A DNA stretch of 64,000 bases. It comes from Klebsormidium nitens (lineage: Eukaryota; Plantae; Klebsormidiophyceae). Within the stretch, counting starts at the first letter, position 1. Each line of letters opens with the position of its first letter. Below the pieces are notes generated by a model that was not told where the DNA came from, did no database searches, and saw only the letters and a program-made list of their open reading frames with translations. The DNA is taken from NCBI GenBank assembly GCA_000708835.1, contig DF236962.1, positions 310,001 to 374,000 on the forward strand, read 5' to 3'. Below are positions 22,717 to 34,468 of this stretch, piece after piece. The translations under genes were made by a program, and so were the position numbers.

Positions 22717-23952
22717 TGCAGCTATTGAGTTTTACCACAAAGCACTCTCCACATCACCGCTGCATCACCACAATTTTTTAAAGTAATCTTGTCAAAAAAG
22801 CCGAAATGCCTTCTACTCCTGACACTCTGAGTCCATTCAATCCCTGAAGAGAGGCGTCTACGTTTCCTTCTCTTCTCTCCCCCCAAAAAGTCGAAGCCCT
22901 ATTATTGCAAATTGCAATTGTGCAGACACAAAAAACTTTCAAGAGACTACTTGATCGAATAGGTACCTAGCATTGTCCAATCCACCTCTAGTTTTACATC
23001 AGCTCTGCTGTCAAAACCATTACCGCTCGCGGTCGACCATTAACGCGGACCAGGACGTAGGGCGGCAACTCCCGCCTTTGCCAACTTTGATGAAGGCCGT
23101 TCAATCTCGCAAAGTTGCAACTCGGACCGTCGATTGTTCAATGGAGAAGTTTTGGCGCAACGATCGTGGCGTCAGCAGCCAGCTTTGTCGATAATGCAAG
23201 ACTAGCGGAGAACATGGCGGGCTGCCTTGTGAACGTACCTAGTACCTGGTACCTAGTAGTAGGGTCTTCCACAAATTGTGCACTTGACTTCAGAGGCTGT
23301 TCCTACCACGTTTCTACAGGATTGAAGGCGCACTGTTGCATGGTCAAGGCCTCATCAAGCCCTTCTTTGAAGATTTGGGAAGTGGGTTTGCAAGGTCACA
23401 GCCCTGAAAATTGGACCGGCAGGATTTGCGGGTGCTCCGGTTCCGTACCTTCCCAGCCCTTGAGTTGGTAAAAGCAGATTCTGGGCTGCCTGCTGCTGGC
23501 CGTCTCTTGAAATAGTGCTGGGCAGTACTTCCCAAGGGCAACCCTGAATGTAGCCTGAAGCAATTCTTGGAAAGTGAGGCCCTTCTGAGCATGCTCAAAA
23601 GCTGGCAAGCTGCCGAAGTTGCTCCACTTGTCTCGTGGGGCAAGAGTCTATTGACAAGAAGTTGAAAGGGATCTTCAGAGAGCCAGGGCATGAATGCCTA
23701 AGCAGTGGTTTACCTCGAGTTCATAGATAAAGCCAAGGGATTGCAGCACACCATAGCATCCAGGCATAAAGCAAGACAAAGCAGGGAGCACTGGGCGTGA
23801 GCTCAATAATACGAGGGGCATTTTACCAGCATGAGCACAGGACAGTGACTGCTTGCTTCGTAAAGTAGCTCAGGGAAGAGCAGTTTGCTGCTGCAGGTGT
23901 TAAGCGCAGCTCACCAGGCAGAGCTCCCGCATTTCCCCAGTGCTATATCAGA

Positions 23953-25872
23953 ATGGAGGCTGAGGAGTTGGCCATTGTCCTCAGCCGCGCGAGCGACCTC
24001 CACATCAAAATTTCCGAGGCCATCGAGCGCTCCATGAAGTCGCAACGCGTGTCCGCCGGGTCCGACAGCCCGAGCACCGTTCTAGACACCGTCTCCTCGG
24101 AAAACAGCGCGAGCGGTTCTCCCAGGGTTATTGATTTCAACTATGAATCCACCCCCCTCTCGGACAGCAAGCCTTGGCAGGGCCCCAGCAAAGAGGCGAG
24201 GAGTTTGGTGGCTATCAGAGAAGCCTTGGAGACGCTGGAGGTGCAACTGGAAGATCTGCAGAAACTGCAGGCGGTGCAGATGCAGGAGCGGGAGAATGCG
24301 CTGGCGGAGCTTGAGGAGAGCCGCAGGATGCTGCTCAGGCGGTTGAGGGAGCACCAGGGAAAGTGAGGGGCGCCTCTAGTTACTCCCTGGTTTGCTGTCA
24401 TGTTGACCTCTAAGTCAGTGCTTACTCACTGGCTTGCTGATGTCATCTTGCCTGAGCTCGGCGGGTTTGTGTACACTAAGAGCACTGGCTGCCGTCAAGA
24501 AGTTATGCCTTTCAATTCAAAATCTGCTGATCACCTGTCTCATCAACCTGGTTGCAAGGGAGTTGGCTGTGTTGTAAAGGATGGATAAGCGAGCAGATGC
24601 CTCTTTCCGCTGCCAGCAGTGTTATGATAGATGTGACAACTTCTTCTCAGCTATTTGCGACACTGTTTGCTCTCAGCTCGACCGCTGCAATGAAGTCATA
24701 GAGCTGACAAGCTCTGTCTGATGGGGTCTCTTTCTTCCTAATGCTGGTTTTTGAACGTGGCAACAAGCAGTCACTTTTGGTGTTGCAGACTGGCTCGAAA
24801 GCAACCCCCACACAGGGAGCAGGTAGTTGAGCGAGAAGCACGGTGGCATCACTTTCAGGAATGAATCAGACCCACACACTTCAATGCCCGTATGCTGTAC
24901 TGGTTCTCTTCAACTTTTGCTACCTGTATGAAGCACGGTAGCAGACCTCCCCAGAGCATCCTACAGCGCTCCTTGCTTCAAATTACTCGCAACGTTAGAG
25001 CCATCTCCTGCAGGAACTGGACGGCCGGAAGCTCTTTCAAGCATCCCATCTAGGCTATAGCACTCTCCCTGGTCTAGTCCAATTCAAATCAAGCTCCGCT
25101 AGTCTTTTCTGTCTGGGTGTCTTGACCTTATTCCCCCGTTCTACCTTACATTGGGTGGCAATCCGTTGGCTTTCAATCTGCTCTACTTATGCTGATTTGT
25201 TTGCTCCTGAAGTAAAAGAGCCCACTTGAGTAATGACGTGGTCTGGCCTAACGCTCATTCCTGTCCCTCTGCAGGGAATGGGAGGTTGTCAACGAAGCGC
25301 TTGCTTTCGCTGGGGAGCCCGTCGAGGATCTTGCCGAAGACGACGACGACTTTCCGGAAGACGAAGAAAACGACCTTGAAGACGAAGAAGCTTTCGAGGG
25401 CTCTCCAGAAATCGGAGAAAACACCGGTGCCGAGGAGGAGCCAACAACCCCGGTCACCCCGCCAAGCGTTTTTACGCACGCCCTAGAAGGGAGGGGGTCA
25501 GACCCCGTTTCCAATCTGGAAGCGAGTTTGAACCTGGTTGCGGATGACCCGGAAGAGGAGGATAAAGAAGCGGAAAGCGGGGGCCCGTTGCCCGGTTTCG
25601 GCAAGGCGCTTCTGAGCGTGTTGGGGGCGGGGCTGGCCGCCGCGGCGGCCGTTGCGGCGTTCAGTTTCGCAAAGGAGAAAGGTGGGGCGTACGGCGCTAA
25701 CGAGATCCGGCGCGAGGCTCCGACTGCGACGTTGTCCAACTGGGCGCTGCAGAGGGAGAAGAGCGGGCTGGGAGCCCAGCGCGATGGGATGCCGCTGTGC
25801 ACTGTGAGGGAGCGGACAGTGAGCCCAGTGAAGAAGGGGCGGTCGGCGGACGTGCTCCTGGCGAGGGGGTGA
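23953..25872 (+). CDS. PDV: Plastid division protein (PDV1/PDV2 family), 2 exons
   Basis: Exons 23953-24362 and 25275-25872 in frame. N-terminal MEAEELAIVLSRASDLHIKISEAI, coiled coil EARSLVAIREALETLEVQL...ELEESRRMLLRRLREHQGKEWEVVNEALAFAG, one hydrophobic TM segment, terminal ...DVLLARG with the family's C-terminal Gly. Confidence 0.88.
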
Positions 25873-27583
25873 GAAGCGGGCTAACCCAGGGCGGTTAAGG
25901 GTCTGACCTGGGGAGGCTGAGGCCTCCGCTTGGCAAGGTAAATGGCTGATCGACAATCTTGTGAATGATGAGAGGGGCGGCATGCCTTCCTTCAGAGTTT
26001 CCGCTGTTACTATTTGTCGCAAAATTGGCGGCTGCGACTCAGCCCAGTAGGGCAAGAAAGCAAATAGGAGAGTGAGCCAGTTGAGAGCTAGCTTGAGGGC
26101 TGGCTTGGGGGCTCGTCTTTCCCGTGTGAGAACATTCACGGACGGCCGTAGTGTAACGTGACAGAATACAGGGGGTGAGTGGGAGGTAGATGTGGACATA
26201 CAAGTGGACTAAGCGGCAAGAGAGGTTGGAACCGGTTTGACACGGATTTCTGCATCCTTAGGCTAGAGTAGGACGGGTAGGTTAGGGGTTCGAATCTGCA
26301 TGAAAGCAATGCAAGTAGAGGAGAGCAAGCCGCCAACAAATTCGTTGAGAGGTTGGGGTGAATGTTTGCTCTGACATGTGACTTCAAAGATTGGGGTTGG
26401 TGTTTCGCATTGCTTTAGTGTCACAGACGCCTACTTCTAAGATGCCGCACTTCAAGTATTCCAAGCGACCACTGCCAATGATAAGTTTTGCGTATAATCA
26501 ATGACCATTCGTAACGCTTGTGTGGCAACCATGTAAATCGGCAACAAACGTGGCGTCTTTTACTGCATGCCGTGCCACAGGGAAGTTCTGATCCTGCAAG
26601 TCAGCTCGATCATCCCAACCATTGTTCAAAATTATCACGATTATTTTCTGAGCTAGTTGAGGTTAACGAGAGGGCTGTAATTACAGCCCTCTTGCTAAAG
26701 TGCACAACACGGACATGGTAACTTACGGTTCATTATTGCCCTGATCCATGTGGAGCCATCGGGCAGAGTCTGCCGCGGTGAGACCGGGACGGTAATGAGT
26801 TGACTCTGCAGCTTGCTACGGCTGCATGTCACGTTGTCCAGAGTCCTAAACAATCCTGCGACCTGCGCCGGGCATGCACTCGAGAACCCAAATATTACTT
26901 GTGGGAGCATGCGTCGTGACGGATCACTAAGTTCTTATCTGTCACTGAGTGCTTGCGATGGTGATTGCGCATGGAGCATGAAGCAGATCAATTACCAGCA
27001 TTCTGAGTTTGTGCGGCATGCATGTAGTCTTTGAGACGGCTGGAAGGTGCGTCATATGTGCTAAGCGGCCTGCTGGACATGCTCAACTAATAGTAGAGAT
27101 CCTTATATACCAGATTGAGTATCCGATTTGAAGCAAACGCGTAGACATTCACCTTCTCAAAAATACATTCAGCTGAAGCACTGCAGCAAGTTTGGTCTAT
27201 CAGTCTCTAAACTCAAAAGCAACATACGCATGGCCAATCTTGTGACACTCAATTCCTTTTTCAATTACAGGTTACTAGAACGAAAGGCCGCAGCTTGAGG
27301 CTCAAGTACTGCAAAATGTGCATTGTGGTCTACCCCATCGATCAACGAGATGCGTTACAGGTGCTCAATGCGCGTCTAGTAAACCGTTGGTCGGACTTGG
27401 TCGACTAGAGTTGTTATCCCAGCAGAGAGCAGCGTGGTGAGGAGAAAGCGTCGTCGAGCCCGGGGCAAGGACAAAGAAAGGATAGCCCCTGTCCGCCCCC
27501 CCGGCGAGCGTGGCATTCAACTGGGGCAAAAGAGGTGGTGCAATCTGAATCCGACTTCGTTGGCTACATGGCACAAGGACAGG

Positions 27584-27631
27584 GAAACTTCGAACCTTCT
27601 CGAAATCTACTCGAAATTTCGAACTCTCGAA
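27584..27631. promoter_or_regulatory. Cluster of heat-shock-element-like nGAAn inverted repeats
   Basis: Perfect GAAccTTCtcGAA at 27592-27604, GAAacTTC at 27584, GAAatTTC at 27613; five TCGAA pentamers in 42 bp. Target gene not identified. Confidence 0.35.
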
Positions 27632-30600
27632 CGTTGAAAACTATGTCCTCAGGAGACTACGCACACGCTCCTTGCGCTGAACACTTTCGGGTTTATCAGT
27701 TACTTGGGCAAATTTCGCGCTTGAAATGAATCCAGTCACAAGGACTGATGTTCCTTCTTTCACGAGCAGAAAGCTTGTGCTACATGATGCCTAGGTCTTC
27801 AACATCTAAAAACCGACTCAAAAAGAAAGAGTTCCCGGGTGTCAAGAAATTAGCTGATGTGCCGTGCCTCTGCAGGCAGACCAATATGAAACAGACCTTC
27901 TTTACAAGTCAATACCTTCGGCGCCATTTGGCCATCTCTCGTGAAGGCATCATAAACCCAATTTTCGGCCGTTCAAGCCCACCGATCTTGCCTTGAACCG
28001 TGTTTCACCCTTTGAATGCAAAAAACAACCTGGTTTGCCATCGTACATAAGGCTTTTGCTAGCATGTTCTCACGAACAGTCCAAAGACAACACTGACCGT
28101 GTCCTGCTTTCTGCGCAGTCGCTCCAGTCCGCAGTGAAGCCCCAAGTAAGTAGCCGCCACCGTACCTGTGGAAAGGATGGAAGATGACCGCCTAAGTCTT
28201 CCGAAGCTTGGCCTAGCATAAGAGAAGAAAAGATTGTGCATGATTCAGCTGTCGAACTTAGACGATTAAAACTTGTGTGCCGGCACTTCGTGGCAAAGCA
28301 AGGACCCCTTCTCCTAGTCCTTGCACCTCGTTCTGACAATAGTGAGCATAAAAGCAGCAGGGGCTTCGACTGAGCCGCTGATTCCAGGCTGATTCGTCTG
28401 GACTCTCAACGAATTGTGGTCTCTCGCATATTCGAAAAGTCTGATCTTTGTTGGCTGGAAGTAAACGGATGCTCGAAGGCCCCTGGAACTCTCTCGATAT
28501 TAAAACAAACCCGCAGACTCCCCAGTTCGTGCCCCCCCCAAGCAATCAGATACGTTAGCAAAGATGCTGGATTTCCTGTCAATGCGAAAGGGCATCATAA
28601 GATACATGACAGTATCTTCCTTCAACAAGTATGCCTTGAAGTCCATCTACTGTGATGTTTCGTCTCACAAAGCGTTTCATTATGTCAAACAAGAAAGCGA
28701 GTTGATGTTCGCAGCAGGCAGGATCCTGGTCACTATGTCTTGCAAACCACTGCCTGCCACCCTATCCATGCTCAATCAAACCCCCAGAATGGCGACAATC
28801 TACCGAGACATCGTGTCAACGGACTACCAAGGCTCCCTATCCCGCAATTGAGCTCATCAATGGAGAACAGTCAACGCCGCTCTCCGACTGTCGACCATCC
28901 CATAACTGCAAGGAGATTAGAAAAAAGAAATGGGGAGAACATACCCCACGTGACGCCAGTCTTCAGCGTGTTTGTGGCCACGTAAGAGAAACCCAATGAC
29001 TTTCTCACCCTCCTATCGTAGTTGGAGGAGAACACCCCCCAAACTAGCCCTGCTAGTCCTGCAATTGTCAACAATTCAGTTGAGGGAGTGATGATGCTGC
29101 TGAAGATCAAGGCATGGTCGGATTTTCTGAGAGTTGGACATGTTGACGTGCATGTGTGGTTCGTTGAGTCGTACCAAGGTTGTGTTGGATGGTGGATTGA
29201 TGAAACGGATATGAAAAACACTGCGAAGAATTGCCTTGAGCAGGCACTTTCGGCCAGGAATGGGCAAAAATTGTGAATAGCCTGGGAGTGTGTGAACTTG
29301 ACGCACCAAGGTCGCGAGCTTCTGCTCAGCACAACAGCTAAACGAAAAGTTTCTTTACTCAGCCCCAGAAGTCATCCAAGGCTCTGCCACCATGCAACAT
29401 GATCTGAGACTGCCACCAAAGAATGTCGCTGCATTGAGCGGCATCATATATCACTTCGTTGGTAGCCTGATACATTCTTGATGGTTTTACTCGTCTAAGT
29501 TGATGAAAGCGCACCTGCCCGGACCAAGCCGTCCACCGCGCTGGTTGCGCAGTCTGGTCCTGGCCGATACCTTGTTTCCTGGTGATTATCCATCGTTCAA
29601 TCACAGCTTTAGGACGTCTGTAAGCGGGACTGAACACTTGTTTCTGTCATCGGAGGCGCCATCCCAATGAACAAGCTGCTGTAATGAACAACGTAAAGCA
29701 GTAACCACTCTGTGCTTTGATTAACTGGTTTCTGAATGCAAGCTGCCTGGTGGTGGTGCAAAGGCCGAACCAGGAACAGCTAGAAGGTCGCCCTCTCGTC
29801 TTTGGCAGCGCTTGAGGAGGCAATCGAGCTTCCAAGCTTCCGAAAGTCTGTAGCCAAACCCTAATTTGCCAGCAATGGCGAGCTGGCAAAAGTTGGAAAA
29901 CCCTTGAAGGTCGTCACCTCTGTGCCCTGTTCGAGTTGAGTCTGACTCTATTAGTGAAAAGGTGGTTCGCAGGCAGTGTGCAGGCATCCTTTCAAGCAGA
30001 GAACTTGAAGCGATTGAAGTCCTGCCTGCTTCTGTACTGGAGGCGTAATCGCAGTTCAAAGGTCTGCGCCAGTGGAGCTCCTCTCTTAATACCACCCCAG
30101 CGCCGCAATTCTTCCTCCCTTCTGTGTCACAATCTACAAGAGACTCATCGTGTCTTGAAAAGCAGTGGTTTGCATCAGCATTGTATTCAGGTGTGAATGA
30201 ACGGCACGCAAAGCTTCTCGCCATACAGATCTTCCTCCTTGAGTGGTCTTACTGAAGGTACGATTGATGGCAAGCGCACAAAGGAGCAATGATTTGGGTG
30301 GTGTGGAGCCGGCAGTACGACCAGGATCTAACGAAGAATTACAGAAGGCGCGTAGCCAAAGCGGTGGGGGGGAGAATCCTTTTGAGGCGCTAGCGGAAGG
30401 TGAGTTGACAAGCTGCCTGAGCAGCCGTGGCGCTCTGAGGGTTCCCTGAAGAATGCGTGTTTTGAAAATCTGACAAAATCCTAGAGGATGACAGTATGAA
30501 AGAGAAAAAGGATGTCTTGGCTTTATCTGATGTCTGCTTAAGGACTCGAAACACTTTGACTATAAGTAGCTTTGACACATGAATATCTGGGTTGGTGGCA

Positions 30601-33600
30601 AGATCCTCACTGGCAAAGTCGTCTCGGTGGTTTTATTTTTCTTGATGAACTGGTGGTGGGGATCACACTGCGGTTCTGGATCTACCTTACCTTGAACAGA
30701 AATTGGCTTTGGAGAAATGATGCGAGGTTTTGAACGCAGGTGGTATGTTTTTCAACTCCAGCACTTTCTTTTGGCTGCTTTTACGTATGTGAAGTGTCAT
30801 GACAAGACAGGCAAAGTCAAATAGCACAAAAGAATAACTTAGGGTGGATTAAACTGGGGGCCTGCCAGGTCTTTTCTGATTCCCAGCGGACAAGGAATAG
30901 AGGCTGGCGCTAATCGTTGAACTCTTGAATGATTAGATGTGTTTAATTCATCAGAGGGTTCAGATACAAGCAGCCACAAAAGTTGCCAGCACAGTACCTG
31001 TTTTCTTCAAGTTCTCTCTGAGCATACTAAAATAAGGATTGACAAACTCTCAACTAATTCTTCCTTGAAATCAATATACCAAGGTCCCTGCTTGATGTGA
31101 CCTGATGCTGTTTTGAATGCAGAGGCCTTGGGGGGGCTGGATGGGATCAGTGAGGAGGTGAGCGCTTGACAGATTTCATCCATTTTATGCTTTTGATTTG
31201 AAGTACTTTCCAAGTGGCTGTGTTCGAGTTGTTCTGCGTCCTTTGTGTGCTCGTTGGAGTCTTTCCTGACAGTCAGAAGCTGCAAACATGTCTGGTCCAT
31301 GATTTTGGATACCTCGCAAAACCTCGTCATGGTTTAAATTGTTTCTTGAAATATACATGTCTGCAGACAAAAGCATCGAACATTCTCAGTGGATGCGACC
31401 GCTTTGAATCGAACCCATTTGTTTTGTATCATGCTGCGCGTCATTTCGAAATCCGAATCCAGCAAGCTTGGACTAACGACTCTAGCGGGCGCTTGACTTC
31501 ATCTCCTGCGGATGCAATTCTCAGTAACCTGGTTGAGGGCTAAGATTCGGTATCTATGATCTGCTTCGGTTTCTTAGGTGGTCTACGATTGGGTAAGAAT
31601 TCAAGCAAGGACTGTCTGCCAATCCAAACGGTGTGAATCGACCTCAGTTAATCAAAATTGTATATTAGATTTACTCTTACTGATACGATGATTTCTGTGG
31701 TTATCACAAAACTGTCAAGCTCAAATGCGGAAGCGGCCATCATTCTTTAACCATTCTGCTCAGAAGGAAGTATCAAGGCATCAAAAGAGACAACTTGAAG
31801 CTGATTGAGTCTAAAATGACGGTTCGCGCAGGACCTCGAGGCGAAAGCTCGGGAGGCCTTGGAGTGCCCGTGTATAGATGGCATCAAAAACGGGCCATGC
31901 GGGGCATCGTTTGTGGACGCATTTGTTTGCTACATCAAAAGTAGAGAGGAAGAAAAGGTAAGGAAATGACGGGATTTTTTGGAGAAGGAAAAGGGAAAGC
32001 GAGAGTGAGGCTTTGATGCTGCCTAGTCCCCTATGATCGTCTTGACTAACGGACGTCGAGAGAAGCGTAGCACAAGTTGCTTGCAAATATTGTAGCATTG
32101 AGGGGACGGCCTTGCGAATCAAAAGATTGTATGAAGGGCCGCAGTGGGACCAAGTCTAGTGTTTTCTTCCTTCGGTATAAGTCTTCAAAGTTCTAGGGTG
32201 GTTTGCGTTTCGATTGAAGGGGATCTGTGACCGAGGGGCTGTTAAAGTACGAGATTGTTGGTTTTCACCTTTCTCGCACTGGGCTGTTGCGGGCGCGCAG
32301 CATCGGCTCACTTATACTTTTCTGTGACAATCCTCGTCTCTGATAAAGCTGTTGAACGCCGTCAGCCGTGTTGTTTGCAATGGGCCCTGCTCCAAGCTGC
32401 TGACTGAGGGCTCGACAAATGAGTTTTCAAAAGCGCTGCTGGTCAACACTACTGATTAATCCTTCAAATAAACTCAGGGCAAGAGGGATTTTTGATTGTT
32501 GTTGAGAGATGTTGAGTCATCATCGAAGGTCGTCAGAATCGGTTTTCAGGGCTGGTACCCGTTTTGTTCCCGGCATATTTTGTACTCGGCAATGTGTCAA
32601 TGCGATGATTCATTTGTAGTGAAGCAATCGTTGACGCCTAGTTCTTCTTCCACAGGGGTCCGACTGCTTAGAAAAGTTTGTCGCCATGCAAAGCTGCATG
32701 GTCGCACATCCTGAAATACTAGAGGAAATGCAGGACGATGAAGAAAGTTGATTCGAGGACGCTGACAGGCTGTCAGTGGCCGACAGAGCGGAGTAGGGTT
32801 CTTTACGGTTACACAATCGATTGTGTGGTTGAGGTCTTACTAATCTGGCGGCAAATCGTCCCTGCCACATGATATGTACAATCATGCAGCAGCAATACGA
32901 TACTTTGATTATTGGACATGTATTTGACACGATCGTTACCATCTTGAAAACCCTAACGTTACTTGCATTCAATCGGGTCGGGCCCGCGTGGATCGAAGTT
33001 GACGTGGTCTAGCTTAAAGTTCACACGGAGCTCTTCATTTTGCAACCATAACTTCCGACGTACGTGTACGTACAAGCATGCAGACTAGTCCACGGACCAC
33101 AGGCTCTCTGTACGTACACAAGTATGACGTATATACCGTCGTCGCGACCTAGCTAGCAGAGAAGCATTTCCGCAAAGCCTAGTGTGCCGCATAAGGGTTT
33201 GCATGCGCATGCGCAGTGTGCCACGGTGCAATGCGGCCCGCATATGAACTGCACGACTGAGATGCAGCACATGTACGGTTATGCGGTACGTCGAGTGCAG
33301 TCTTGTCGATCTACTCAATCTCCCGGTTCACGGCCTAATGCGCCTCTACTTGTACACACCTAAAATTACTCGTACGTGGGCATGGCATACGGTAAGCTGA
33401 GTCTTCAGCCCCTTAAAACAACCACCGTAGTGTCTTGCAACGGGCGCCGAGTGGACTAAAACGGTACAGCAGAGTTGTGATTGAGTCTGTCAGCACTCTG
33501 CAACCCCGCGTTACATCATCCTGTAGACAAGTTGCTGTTACCTCGATTCATTGGAAAGCCGAAATTGACGGACTTTGCCTTGCAAGCGACAGCAGATTGC

Positions 33601-34468
33601 CGCATGCAATCGACTATTATGCTTTGCAAACAATCCTGGTTTCACCTCACTCAGTCCACAAATTCAGCATGTGCCTCACACATTCACTTCACCTAAGTAA
33701 CCCCCTTTAACTTTTTCCGCACAGGTTGACGATGTCCATGCTGGAACCGTCAAGCCGAAGCCGCTCCTCACTTAGCAACGCCTCCTGCAAAGCGAGTGGA
33801 AACGCTTCTAATATATAGCACACAACAAAGAGGACTGTCGGCCTTTAAGCGAGAAAGAGGATGGAGAGAACATCGCAGGGACTAAGCCTCTCTAAACTCA
33901 TACGAAGAAGTTTTTTGCAATTCGCCGACGGCTTTGCGTGGCTGGAAGCCCCAGCTGAACGGAGACAATTCACACCGAGATGCTCGCAGATGCAAAAATG
34001 GCAACTCCTTCTGAAGTTGGTGCAAGCGGCAGAGCGAGAGTTCGAGACGGAGGCCGTTTGGGCGAGCGACCGACTTCCCCAAATGCCAAAGCTCGACAAA
34101 GAGTTCATACGTCAGGCAAAGTTCAAATAGCGTACTTTCTTACGGGCTTGTCAGGGATAGAGGTGACGAGAGACGACCTTGCAATACGGCTGATGGGACT
34201 AAGCAAGGGAGAATTAGCTTCAGACGGTCTTCGCGAGCATTATGACTTGTCTGTTCTGGTTTTGAAAGCTGGCGCAGTATTAAGCATGTCCCAAACACAG
34301 GCTGCAAAATAGCCCACTAGAAATATGCTGGAAACAAGCCATAATGTCCAGTATGCTGAACACATCCCCATTGAGTCTACACCGGAGACCGAGACTGCTG
34401 ACTGGTAGACCATGACACCATAACGAAAAGGTGCCCGGAGACCTGTTCTGGATCCAAAAGAGTCTCCA

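Noticed and set aside
23396-23640. Minus-strand exon-like segment between CYP59 and PDV
   Set aside because: No in-frame neighbouring exon or recognisable homology was found.
26280-26302. GGTTCGAATC tRNA T-loop-like motif
   Set aside because: No flanking T-stem, acceptor stem or D-arm could be paired.
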